Shown here one piece after another: positions 21,426 to 29,161 of a DNA stretch of 64,000 nucleotides. Source of the DNA: Myxococcota bacterium (GTDB lineage: Bacteria > Myxococcota_A > SURF-8); contig OZ223209.1 in assembly GCA_965140415.1 (NCBI GenBank), positions 5,504,001 to 5,568,000 on the forward strand, in the 5' to 3' direction. Both the position numbers and the translations under genes were made by a program. Below the pieces are notes generated by a model that did no database searches, was not told the origin of the DNA, and saw only the letters and a list, made by a program, of their open reading frames with translations. How positions within the stretch are numbered: the first letter of the stretch is position 1; every line of letters begins with the position of its first letter.

Positions 21426-24170
21426 TTACGCTCTTCTTCGCCAGAAGATGATTCCCGCCAGCAGGCTCAGCAACAACAAACCACCGGTCGCCATGTTGCC
21501 CGCAGCGCTGTGACAACCACCGCCGTCTTCCTCCGGCTCATCACCGTCGACCACCGGGAAATCGCCGTCGATAGGTGTGAAGCCATCGCCATCGGTGGGA
21601 TTGACGGTATCGCCATCCGTGCTGCTGCCGGAGTCGATGCAGATCTTCTCGAAATCATCGCAGATGAAGTTCTGACCCATGCTGGCCCAGCAATCTTCAT
21701 CCGTTTCGCAACCGACCACTTCGTCCACGAAGGTAAACAGGCTGCCGGTGATCGGAGCGCCGAAAACCGTGGCCCCACCCGCATCGACATTGGCATTGTC
21801 CATGACATTGATGCGGAATTTCTTCTCTACCGCGACATTATCGAAGGCCGCCACCGCCAGCAGGTTGACTTCTTCGTTCGCCGCCAGCGCAATGTTCAAG
21901 TTGCTGAATGTCACATTGCCGTTGTCCTCGCTGAAGGACTTGGACTCGCCCAGTTGCGACTCGCCGTTATCCAGCGCGCCGTTGCCGTTGGCATCGCGAT
22001 ACAGGCTGATCTGATCGACTTCACTGGGATCGTACAAGGTGCCTTCCGCCACGAAGGTAATGCCATTGATGGAAACGGCTTCATCGTAGGCGCGCAGCAA
22101 CAACTGCATGACGGGCGCATTGATCGTTTTCGGCAAAAACGCCGCTGCCGGATTGTGATAACCCATTTCAATGCTCACATCGGTATCGGCGCTGGGCAGG
22201 TACAGCAGGGAGCAATCGAAGGGCAGACCGTACTTGAAGCCGCGAATGCTCACACCCTCTTCGGTCAACTCCAATTGTCCGATCATCCCCGGAGTCGCAT
22301 CTTCATCCACGTCGACGGTCAGAATCAGGCTGTGCTTTTCGTCCTTGGCAACAGTCGGTAACGCGCTGAAATCATCGAACGCCAAACCGCCGCCAACCCA
22401 GGAGGTCTTCTGCCCGATCTGGGTGTCGCCGCTGTCGACCACGCCATCGTTGTTGTTATCCAGATACAAGGCCGCCATCGAGACGACCCCGGCATCCGCC
22501 GTTTCCTTGGGCGTGAATTTCAACGAGCTGATCTGCACCGGGCCTTCCAGGGCTTGCAGGCTTACATGCGCGGCAACGACATCGGTTTGACCCGCCGTTA
22601 CAAAGCGGCTTTCCGGATGGTTGCCGCCCTTGTTGAAATAGAGCTTGCCTTCGTAGGATTCCAGCCGAACGGTATGCTGGATCGGAACACCGCCGTTGGT
22701 GAAATAGATATCGCCATTGCCGCTGATGATCTGCGCGGTGTTTTCGACGATGGTTTCCTTGGAAACACCTTGCTCCAGCGAATTCAACCGAACGCCGATT
22801 TCCACGGTGCGTCGATACGGCTCGCCAGGCGGGATGTTGTCGGCAACGGCGATGCCGGTCAGGCTGGGCGGCTGGTTTTCAACCGGGTCGGGAACGTGGC
22901 GGCGCTCGCCGCTGGGCTCGACGACATAGGTGCTATTGGCAATATACGTCACGACCGAAGGCAGCGGATCTTTAACGATAACGTTGGTGGCGACATCTTC
23001 GCCGTTATTCTGAACGTAGATGTAATACGTGAAATCCTGTCCCGGATACAAGGCCTGGCCACTCGCCACCGAAGCGCCTTTTTCCGGCTCGTCGGGAATG
23101 TCGAAGTCGGGCAGGCGCGTATCGATCGAAAGGATGATGTAGTTACTGAATGCCTGATCCTGCCCCAGGGAAAAGAGAATGGTAGCGTCCGTGTCGCCCG
23201 GACTGAGCAGATCGGAAACATAGAAAGTATCCAGATCGATGGAGTACTGATTGGTGCGGCAGGCTTCGCCGTCGGCCAGGTTGGTGTTGACCGTGCCGTT
23301 ATAGGCGTTGTCCAGCGGATTGCAGGAATCGGTAAGCTGCACGCCGTTGAACTTGATTTCTTCGTTGTAGGTGCCGGTGACACCGGTGCCGGAGATGCTG
23401 TCGTCGCCTTCACCCAAAAAGAAGGTGACTTTGGCTTCCGGGTTGAAGGGCACATCGAAACCGGAGGGCGTCAGCGTGACGACTTCGTCGTGGATGGCAC
23501 GGAAATCGGTGTAATAGTAAATACGCTTGGCCTGTCCACCCGGATTGGAGTAGATGATCACCAAACTCCAGCCACCCAGCGCCACCGTGCGGCCTTTGTA
23601 AGGCTCATCCGCCCAGCCGGAGAAATCCGAAATCGTGTAATCGCCATTCAGGCTCTTGTCTTCCGTCACGTAATGGGTACGCAGAATATTGGTCACATCC
23701 GCCCGGATCGTATAGTAATGGAAGGTCTGATCCTGCCCCGCAAGGTCGGTACCTTCGTAGATCTCTTCGTAAATCGGATCTTCATCAGGAACGGTTACCG
23801 GGTATTTGTCGCCTTGGGGTGGCTGCAAATGCACTTCGCGGTCGGCGGCCTGTAGACCGTGCTGCAAGGAACCCATCCAGACCAGCATGGCTTTCAGAAT
23901 ATGAACGCCTTCCGGAATTCCCGCTAGCACAGCAGTTGATGTGCCGTTGACGATATCTCCCTGGCCGTCTCCCGGAGGGAAACAACCGAATGCGGACACC
24001 GTGCAGGTATCGTCTAAAAAGGAGCCGCCGGTCGCGGCGTAATCGATGGTACCTTCCCACTTATCCGTCGGTTCCAGCGCCAGTGCGCTGTTGATTCCGA
24101 CAAGTAGGAAAACGATCAGAAAACTCAAGGCCCCGCCTGTTACGCGAATGCTGCGATACTTCGAATACAT
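21426..24170 (-). CDS. Large surface protein with a DUF11-type repeat, Ig-like repeats and a MYXO-CTERM-type sorting tail
   Basis: Signal peptide; PGQDFTYYIYVQNNG..ATNVIVKDPLP (DUF11-like); two LYxDxNxxGxxD repeats; C-terminus GGGC-linker-TM helix-RRR. Confidence 0.75.
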   Translation of the reverse strand: MYSKYRSIRVTGGALSFLIVFLLVGINSALALEPTDKWEGTIDYAATGGSFLDDTCTVSAFGCFPPGDGQGDIVNGTSTAVLAGIPEGVHILKAMLVWMGSLQHGLQAADREVHLQPPQGDKYPVTVPDEDPIYEEIYEGTDLAGQDQTFHYYTIRADVTNILRTHYVTEDKSLNGDYTISDFSGWADEPYKGRTVALGGWSLVIIYSNPGGQAKRIYYYTDFRAIHDEVVTLTPSGFDVPFNPEAKVTFFLGEGDDSISGTGVTGTYNEEIKFNGVQLTDSCNPLDNAYNGTVNTNLADGEACRTNQYSIDLDTFYVSDLLSPGDTDATILFSLGQDQAFSNYIILSIDTRLPDFDIPDEPEKGASVASGQALYPGQDFTYYIYVQNNGEDVATNVIVKDPLPSVVTYIANSTYVVEPSGERRHVPDPVENQPPSLTGIAVADNIPPGEPYRRTVEIGVRLNSLEQGVSKETIVENTAQIISGNGDIYFTNGGVPIQHTVRLESYEGKLYFNKGGNHPESRFVTAGQTDVVAAHVSLQALEGPVQISSLKFTPKETADAGVVSMAALYLDNNNDGVVDSGDTQIGQKTSWVGGGLAFDDFSALPTVAKDEKHSLILTVDVDEDATPGMIGQLELTEEGVSIRGFKYGLPFDCSLLYLPSADTDVSIEMGYHNPAAAFLPKTINAPVMQLLLRAYDEAVSINGITFVAEGTLYDPSEVDQISLYRDANGNGALDNGESQLGESKSFSEDNGNVTFSNLNIALAANEEVNLLAVAAFDNVAVEKKFRINVMDNANVDAGGATVFGAPITGSLFTFVDEVVGCETDEDCWASMGQNFICDDFEKICIDSGSSTDGDTVNPTDGDGFTPIDGDFPVVDGDEPEEDGGGCHSAAGNMATGGLLLLSLLAGIIFWRRRA

Positions 24171-24344
24171 GCTCTTCCTCCGGGTTCTCATTACGCCTGA
24201 CGGCAGTAGGACGCCCTATTATTAAGGATAGGGACAAACAAAGTCAAGCCTTTATCCGGCAATGAAAAGCCAAGCAAACGGTTGACATCGTAACCGATTT
24301 CGTCTACATCTATTCAATATAGATGGTGACGGGGAGAGACCGGA

Positions 24345-25115
24345 ATGGCGGAACGAAATCAATTGAAAACCAAGGTGGAATTGACCTTGAACAGCCAGCA
24401 TGTCTGGCTGGCGTTTATCGGTGCGCTCATCGCAATGGCGCTGGTGTTTTCCTTGGGTGTGATGGTCGGAAAACGACTTAACGGCGTAGCGGGAGTGACT
24501 CCTGCCGACGACGCGCTGGCGGCAGTGCAGCAGCAGGAAGATCAATACCAGAAACTGGCAGAGGTAATCCAGGTCCAGCAACCGGAAAAAGCGGACGCAA
24601 AGGCCAAGGAAGACACTGCCGAACAGGATAAAAAGGCGCAGGAAGAAGCCGCAAAACTGGCAAAACTGCAACAGGAAAAAGAGGCCGCCAAGAAAGCAGA
24701 GCAGCAACGTCGGGAAAAAGAAGAAGCTCGCTTGAAAGAGCTAAAGAAAAAAGAACGGGAAAAACAGGCCGCAGAGGAACGCAAAGCCAAACAGCTTGCC
24801 CAGCAGGCCGCGAAAGAAAAGGAAAAGACAGAAGATAATTCAGCGGCATCAGCCACACAGACCCCGGCTCCGCAGGGAAAATACTACACCTTGCAGATTG
24901 CATCCTTCCCAAGTCGCGACAAAGCGGATTCCTATGTCTCGCGTTTCAAAGCCGTCGGCAATCGCAAGCCATTCATTACCCCGGCGGAAGTTCCCGGCAA
25001 AGGCACCTGGTATCGGGTGAAAATCGGGAAATTCGAAACGAAGGAACAGGCACTGGCCTTCCAATCCATCTTTGAAGCCCGCACCAAGACGCAATCCATC
25101 CTGGCACTTGAGTAG
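24345..25115 (+). CDS. SPOR-domain cell-division protein (DedD/FtsN-like)
   Basis: Single TM helix, K/E/A-rich coiled coil, C-terminal YTLQIASF...WYRVKIGKF. Confidence 0.88.
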   Translation: MAERNQLKTKVELTLNSQHVWLAFIGALIAMALVFSLGVMVGKRLNGVAGVTPADDALAAVQQQEDQYQKLAEVIQVQQPEKADAKAKEDTAEQDKKAQEEAAKLAKLQQEKEAAKKAEQQRREKEEARLKELKKKEREKQAAEERKAKQLAQQAAKEKEKTEDNSAASATQTPAPQGKYYTLQIASFPSRDKADSYVSRFKAVGNRKPFITPAEVPGKGTWYRVKIGKFETKEQALAFQSIFEARTKTQSILALE

Positions 25116-25118
25116 AAC

Positions 25119-25302
25119 CGATATCATTCATTTCCGTTCATCTAGCAATCGAGATGTGCCATGGTCTCACGGAATGGAAATTCCGGGAGGCCGTGCGTAA
25201 CCTATTGAATACACACCGCCTTCCACGATCTTTGATCGCGTAAGACTATGGCGCAACGTCTTCGAATCAGTTGCTAAAAATAAATAACAACTCTTCTAGT
25301 CT
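25119..25302 (+). repeat. Dispersed structured element, copy 2
   Basis: 101-bp core at 25155-25255 with imperfect terminal inverted repeats; conserved flanks ending CTAGTCT. Confidence 0.92.
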
Positions 25303-25341
25303 CTTAAATCACACAAGAATTCGCATAGAGAAAAGGTGGGG

Positions 25342-25367
25342 AATGACCGCTCCGAAGAGCGGTCATT
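25342..25367 (-). terminator. Strong hairpin between convergent genes
   Basis: Perfect 11-bp stem AATGACCGCTC/GAGCGGTCATT with a C(UUCG)G loop on the minus strand; U-tract is weak. Confidence 0.55.
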
Positions 25368-25384
25368 GGGTAAAGAGTGTCAGT

Positions 25385-25900
25385 TTAGTGCTGGAAGGAA
25401 AGATAGAAACTGCGAAACCAGGGCAGTAGCTGTTCTCGGTCAAAGTAGGCGATGCCTTCGCTGACCTTCTTACCGCTACGCTTCTGGTATATGTTTCCAT
25501 AGAGGGTGGTGAGAGACTTCCAGGGAGCGCGTAGGGAGAGTGTCTTGTGGCCGTCGTACTGATACGTCAGCCGGTCGCCGCCCCGGAAGGTAAATGTATA
25601 GCGTACGCCGCGCTCGCCGCGTAAATTCAATGTCAATTCGCCGCTCAATTTGGCTTGCTTGCTTAGCCCATCGGCCTGAACCGTTCCACTTAGACCCAGC
25701 ACGATCCGCCCCTGACGCAGATCGATCCACTGCCGACCCGGCAGCGCCTCTGCGCGCAAGTGACAGGAAAAAGCTTGTTCCTGCGATGTTTTCTTTCCCT
25801 TGATCAGGCGGTGCGACCCGCTAAGCGTTTCGGTAAACCCATACCCGAACAGCGGGGTTGCCAGTCGTTCTCTGATAGGCTGCAAGGATAGTGCAGACAT
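25385..25900 (-). CDS. Hypothetical protein (resembles the beta-rich accessory domain of some GMC/cholesterol-oxidase fusions)
   Basis: GGGAG RBS and its own promoter; FTETLSG...YDGHK...W.SLTTL pattern (recalled similarity, not verified). Confidence 0.6.
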   Translation of the reverse strand: MSALSLQPIRERLATPLFGYGFTETLSGSHRLIKGKKTSQEQAFSCHLRAEALPGRQWIDLRQGRIVLGLSGTVQADGLSKQAKLSGELTLNLRGERGVRYTFTFRGGDRLTYQYDGHKTLSLRAPWKSLTTLYGNIYQKRSGKKVSEGIAYFDREQLLPWFRSFYLSFQH

Positions 25901-25934
25901 AATCGACTCCCGTTTCGTTCGTCATATGCAGCGC

Positions 25935-25963
25935 ATCATAATCCTTTTAACGCGACGTGTCAA
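25935..25963 (-). promoter_or_regulatory. Near-consensus sigma70 promoter
   Basis: TTGACA-17 bp-TATGAT; GTCAA occurs three times at 25959-25974. Confidence 0.7.
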
Positions 25964-26074
25964 GTCAAAGTCAACTTTTTCTGGAACTATTTATCGGAAA
26001 CGGACTTAGGTTTGGACTCCAGACAATTCGAGGCTATGCAAAAGATGATGAAAACTGGAAAGGGCGTTGATCCG

Positions 26075-26214
26075 CCACGCTGTTGCCCGCGTGAGAGGGA
26101 ATGGGGAAAGGTACATAAGCAAGGCCTATTTTCCGATGGAATGGCCAGAAACCATCGAAATTCCAAACGATCCCTTGGAAAGGAGCCGCTCCCACGCGGG
26201 CAACCAAGGCGCGG
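26075..26214 (-). other. Structured non-coding stretch, candidate ncRNA
   Basis: 16-bp long-range stem (26082-26097 with 26189-26204), an outer 6-bp stem and internal hairpins; mismatches read as G-U on the minus strand. Confidence 0.4.
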
Positions 26215-26550
26215 GAATCTACTAACTACCGCAAAGGTCGCGCCAATTTCCGAACATGCGACACCTGCCTCTTAACAGCCTGATAACAATATGGAAACAT
26301 GTATTCTGGCAGTTGCCTGCGCAAAGCGTCACTATATGGTTTGCTTTCCAACAGGACAATATTGTCATACTTTTAGCGCTTTTTACCAGGGTCTCATGCT
26401 GCACCATGTTGTGACACGCTACAAAATGCCACCTGATGAGCTTCCATGGATCGACAGGTTACGATACGTTGCTTTGAGTATGGGGAAGATTGTGCTTGAA
26501 TTCAAGACAGGCCGAGTTGCGCCCGGAGCCAAGACAGCAGGTTCGTGATT

Positions 26551-26577
26551 GTCGGTCAGAAAATCTGACCGACCTAC
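26551..26577 (-). repeat. GTAG-type REP
   Basis: Minus strand reads GTAG-GTCGGTCAGA-TTT-TCTGACCGAC. Confidence 0.75.
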
Positions 26578-26605
26578 ATCTTACTCCAAATCGAAAAACT
26601 CACTT

Positions 26606-27163
26606 TCAACCATAGGCCTTGCGCATATGGTGAAGCTGCAACATGGCCCGGCTCATACAAGGGCGGCTGACGTTAAAGGCACTGGCCAGTTTCAGCGTCA
26701 GCTTCTCCAGACTTTCCCGGTCCTGATCGCGATAGGAAATCGTGGGTGCATGGCCATCCAATAGCCAGATGGGCACCAGCAGTGAAGATGCGAAGATGTC
26801 GGCCTCCCGTTCCAATAGCACCTGATCGAGGGGGCGTGGCGTCTCCGAAGAATCGCACATTCCAAGATGATGCAGCAGGTAATGACCGTATTCATGACAG
26901 ATCGAGAAGCGTTGGCGCGGAATCGACTCGTGATCGTTGAAGTAGATGATTGCCGTAGCTTCCGATTCCTTCTCGGAAACGGGATCGCTGATCTTCAACG
27001 CACTGGACACACGTCCCAACGCTGCCGAACGAATCTGCAATTCCGGGTGATTTGCTTTCAGAATATCCGTCGATATGGGTGGCTTTGCGATTTCAACCTT
27101 TCGAAGCAAGCGATTGGCCAACTGGGTAATGGCCATTACGCGCTTAAGATTTGCCTGCACCAT
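26606..27163 (-). CDS. ImmA/IrrE-family Zn metallopeptidase (Peptidase M78)
   Basis: RQRFSICHEYGH (HExxH), EREADIFASSLLVP and an HTH-like tail LASAFNVS; AGGAG RBS before ATG 27163 (alternative start 27211). Confidence 0.9.
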   Translation of the reverse strand: MVQANLKRVMAITQLANRLLRKVEIAKPPISTDILKANHPELQIRSAALGRVSSALKISDPVSEKESEATAIIYFNDHESIPRQRFSICHEYGHYLLHHLGMCDSSETPRPLDQVLLEREADIFASSLLVPIWLLDGHAPTISYRDQDRESLEKLTLKLASAFNVSRPCMSRAMLQLHHMRKAYG

Positions 27164-27545
27164 GGTACTCCTCTCCAATAATAAGATCGATTGCGGCGCG
27201 TACTTTTTCATCCCGCTCGATGGCTTGAATGACTTTCATTGCGTACTGCATCTGCTCGGAAGTCAGGGAGTGACCTTCCCTGAAATACACCGCAGCTTGC
27301 GGTGGATCGTCGTAAAAAGGACGTGCTTCGCCGGTTGCTTTTTCTTTCTGCCGCTGCCTGATCATCTCGCGCTTGTCCATACGCAGCACATCGCAGATGC
27401 GTAGCAGCTTGTTCTCCGACGGCAGGGAACGCCCTCGTTCCAAATGGGCCACATATCCTTCTGTGCAGTTGATACGCGCAGCCAGTTGCGCCTGGGTGAT
27501 GTTGGCACGCTTGCGCGCCTTACGGATGGCCTGTCCGGTCGTCAT
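27144..27545 (-). CDS. Xre/Cro-C1 HTH repressor
   Basis: GQAIRKARKRANITQAQLAARINCTEGYVAHLERGRSLPS. Confidence 0.92.
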   Translation of the reverse strand: MTTGQAIRKARKRANITQAQLAARINCTEGYVAHLERGRSLPSENKLLRICDVLRMDKREMIRQRQKEKATGEARPFYDDPPQAAVYFREGHSLTSEQMQYAMKVIQAIERDEKVRAAIDLIIGEEYHGAGKS

Positions 27546-27719
27546 GTTTGTTTGTCCCTCCCGTCTACAACTATACTAAATATTATAGTAGCTCACACCG
27601 TAGCCTGCTGCAAGGGGATTCCGAATTCTCAACCCATTAATCAAGTAGTTCCAGTATGTTAATCAATTCTTCCACGAAACGAATAGTTTTTTAAGCCACT
27701 AAGACATACTCTGTCTCAT

Positions 27720-27747
27720 ACTATACATAATAATAAGTATATGTCAA
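27720..27747 (-). promoter_or_regulatory. Putative repressor promoter overlapping a palindromic operator
   Basis: TTGACA-16 bp-TATAGT on the minus strand; TATAC-N10-GTATA palindrome within it; related ACTATA-N8-TATAGT at 27570-27589. Confidence 0.5.
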
Positions 27748-27893
27748 GCGGGACATGACAAGCACGAAGAGGAAAATTCCATATGATTATCAATGAGTTC
27801 AATTGCAGTAACAAACATGAATCAGGACAAGAACTGTACAAAGATGTCAAGTTTCCAAGGGACAAACCAAACCAAGGCCAACAGGAGGAAAAA

Positions 27894-28373
27894 ATGATGT
27901 GTCTGCAAGAAGAACACAGAACAAGCACACAATCGACTTCATTTGAGGAGGCACAGCAACAGGCAAGCAACGACTTCGACGCCTTCGTCATTGAAATGGA
28001 TGAGCGATTGCAACAAGACCGCACGGTGACACTCGATGCCATCGAATACCTCGGGTGTGGTTCGACACCGATTCCCGAATGGGACTCCTTCGATTGCAGC
28101 GACCGCAAATCCTGCCTGCAAACGCCGCAAGGAATCTGCATCGCCTGCGGCGAGGAGACATGCCTTCCACTACTGTGCCGAACCTGCCTGGAGCACATCG
28201 AGGAAATGACCGAACAGTTGGAGTGCCCCTGGTTCATCTCTCCCGATCTCTGTGCCGCACGGGTAGAAGCACAGCAGGGAGAGATGACGCACACCGGCTG
28301 CGGGGGAGATTTGGCGGTCTGCGAAGCACGCAACTGGTTGTACGTCCGGAATGATCAAGAGGAGCAAAACTGA
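27894..28373 (+). CDS. Acidic Cys-rich protein with a putative zinc finger
   Basis: AGGAGG RBS; CIAC-x9-CRTC pair plus further Cys residues. Confidence 0.7.
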   Translation: MMCLQEEHRTSTQSTSFEEAQQQASNDFDAFVIEMDERLQQDRTVTLDAIEYLGCGSTPIPEWDSFDCSDRKSCLQTPQGICIACGEETCLPLLCRTCLEHIEEMTEQLECPWFISPDLCAARVEAQQGEMTHTGCGGDLAVCEARNWLYVRNDQEEQN

Positions 28374-28723
28374 TGCCGCCGTTTGACTCCGTATTGCAGG
28401 CGGTGAAATGGTATCGCCTGGTAAAGCAACAAGGGCTGCCGTCGCAGCAGCGTGGGTATCGAGTAAGACCGCGCGTATCGGCAACGTTGAAACTAAATCT
28501 GGATGTGCTTTGGGGAGAACCGGCTGCGATCTGGAATCGCCTGGATCACGTCATCCAATCGTTACGGGAAGAGGAGAGAATCCTTTTATTGACGAACCGT
28601 CCCGAGGCAGTGGGGTTGAAAACTCCCAATCAGATGTACAAGCGGCAGCACGCCTTGCGGGCACAATTACAACCGGTTTTCGAACACGCAGGACTGATCG
28701 AGTTGGAAGGACTGGACCGTTAA
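28373..28723 (+). CDS. Hypothetical protein, possible sigma-region-4-like regulator
   Basis: TGATG translational coupling and GAGGAG RBS; LDHVIQSLREEERILL...KRQHALRAQL resembles a sigma70 region 4 helix pattern (weak). Confidence 0.6.
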   Translation: MPPFDSVLQAVKWYRLVKQQGLPSQQRGYRVRPRVSATLKLNLDVLWGEPAAIWNRLDHVIQSLREEERILLLTNRPEAVGLKTPNQMYKRQHALRAQLQPVFEHAGLIELEGLDR

Positions 28724-28739
28724 CACAGGAGATCGACAC

Positions 28740-29015
28740 ATGAACGCAACTGAACGCGAAAAAATCTGGGGCTGGTACAATATCGCCATGTATTTCGAAG
28801 TGCATGAAAACACGGCAAAACGCTGGGGTCGCGAAGAAGAAGCCTTTCGGCGTTTGATCCGGCGCTGGCGCAGACGGGTTTTCGCCTACGAAGACGAATT
28901 GAAACGCTGGCAGCGCCAAATGGAAAGCGGTTTTGAAGAAAACGCCATGGCAAGCGGAGAATACGCTTCCATTGCTCATCAAAGGCAATACCCGCAACAG
29001 GGAGCGCAGCTGTAA
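28740..29015 (+). CDS. Excisionase/MerR-like winged-HTH DNA-binding protein
   Basis: AGGAG RBS; GWYNIAMYFEVHENTAKRW...VFAYEDELKRW matches the GWxxIAxY..S.xT..RW...V.A...EL..W pattern. Confidence 0.7.
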   Translation: MNATEREKIWGWYNIAMYFEVHENTAKRWGREEEAFRRLIRRWRRRVFAYEDELKRWQRQMESGFEENAMASGEYASIAHQRQYPQQGAQL

Positions 29016-29150
29016 GGCGCCCCGGGAAGTTGGAAACGAAAGCGGCTGGATGCCCTAAGATGTATCGGGATTGTGTCCTGATACAAAATGTTACGAGCGG
29101 GATACAATCCCGCTCGATCTTAGGCAGGGAGCGCAACTGTAAAACGCCCC
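28998..29150. repeat. Nested repeat: 26-bp direct repeats flanking an inverted hairpin pair
   Basis: CAGGGAGCGCA(G/A)CTGTAA(GG/AA)CGCCCC at 28998-29023 and 29125-29150; CCTAAGAT...ATCTTAGG encloses hairpins at 29062-29084 and 29094-29116. Confidence 0.75.
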
Positions 29151-29161
29151 TGAATTCGTGA

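Noticed and set aside
25155-25255. Cloverleaf core of the dispersed element as a tRNA
   Set aside because: The closing stem is too long, there is no T-loop (TTCRA) or D-loop consensus in the right register, no 7-nt anticodon loop and no CCA end.
26307-26322. Possible sigma54 site TGGCAGTTGCCTGC
   Set aside because: The GG-to-GC spacing is not 10 nt.
26012-26548. Short ORFs 26012-26275 and 26291-26548 as genes
   Set aside because: No convincing RBS or motifs; the first overlaps a structured non-coding stretch.
26606-29015. Intact prophage or ICE
   Set aside because: No integrase, replication, structural, lysis or conjugation genes and no att repeats spanning the block; reported as a stand-alone switch instead.
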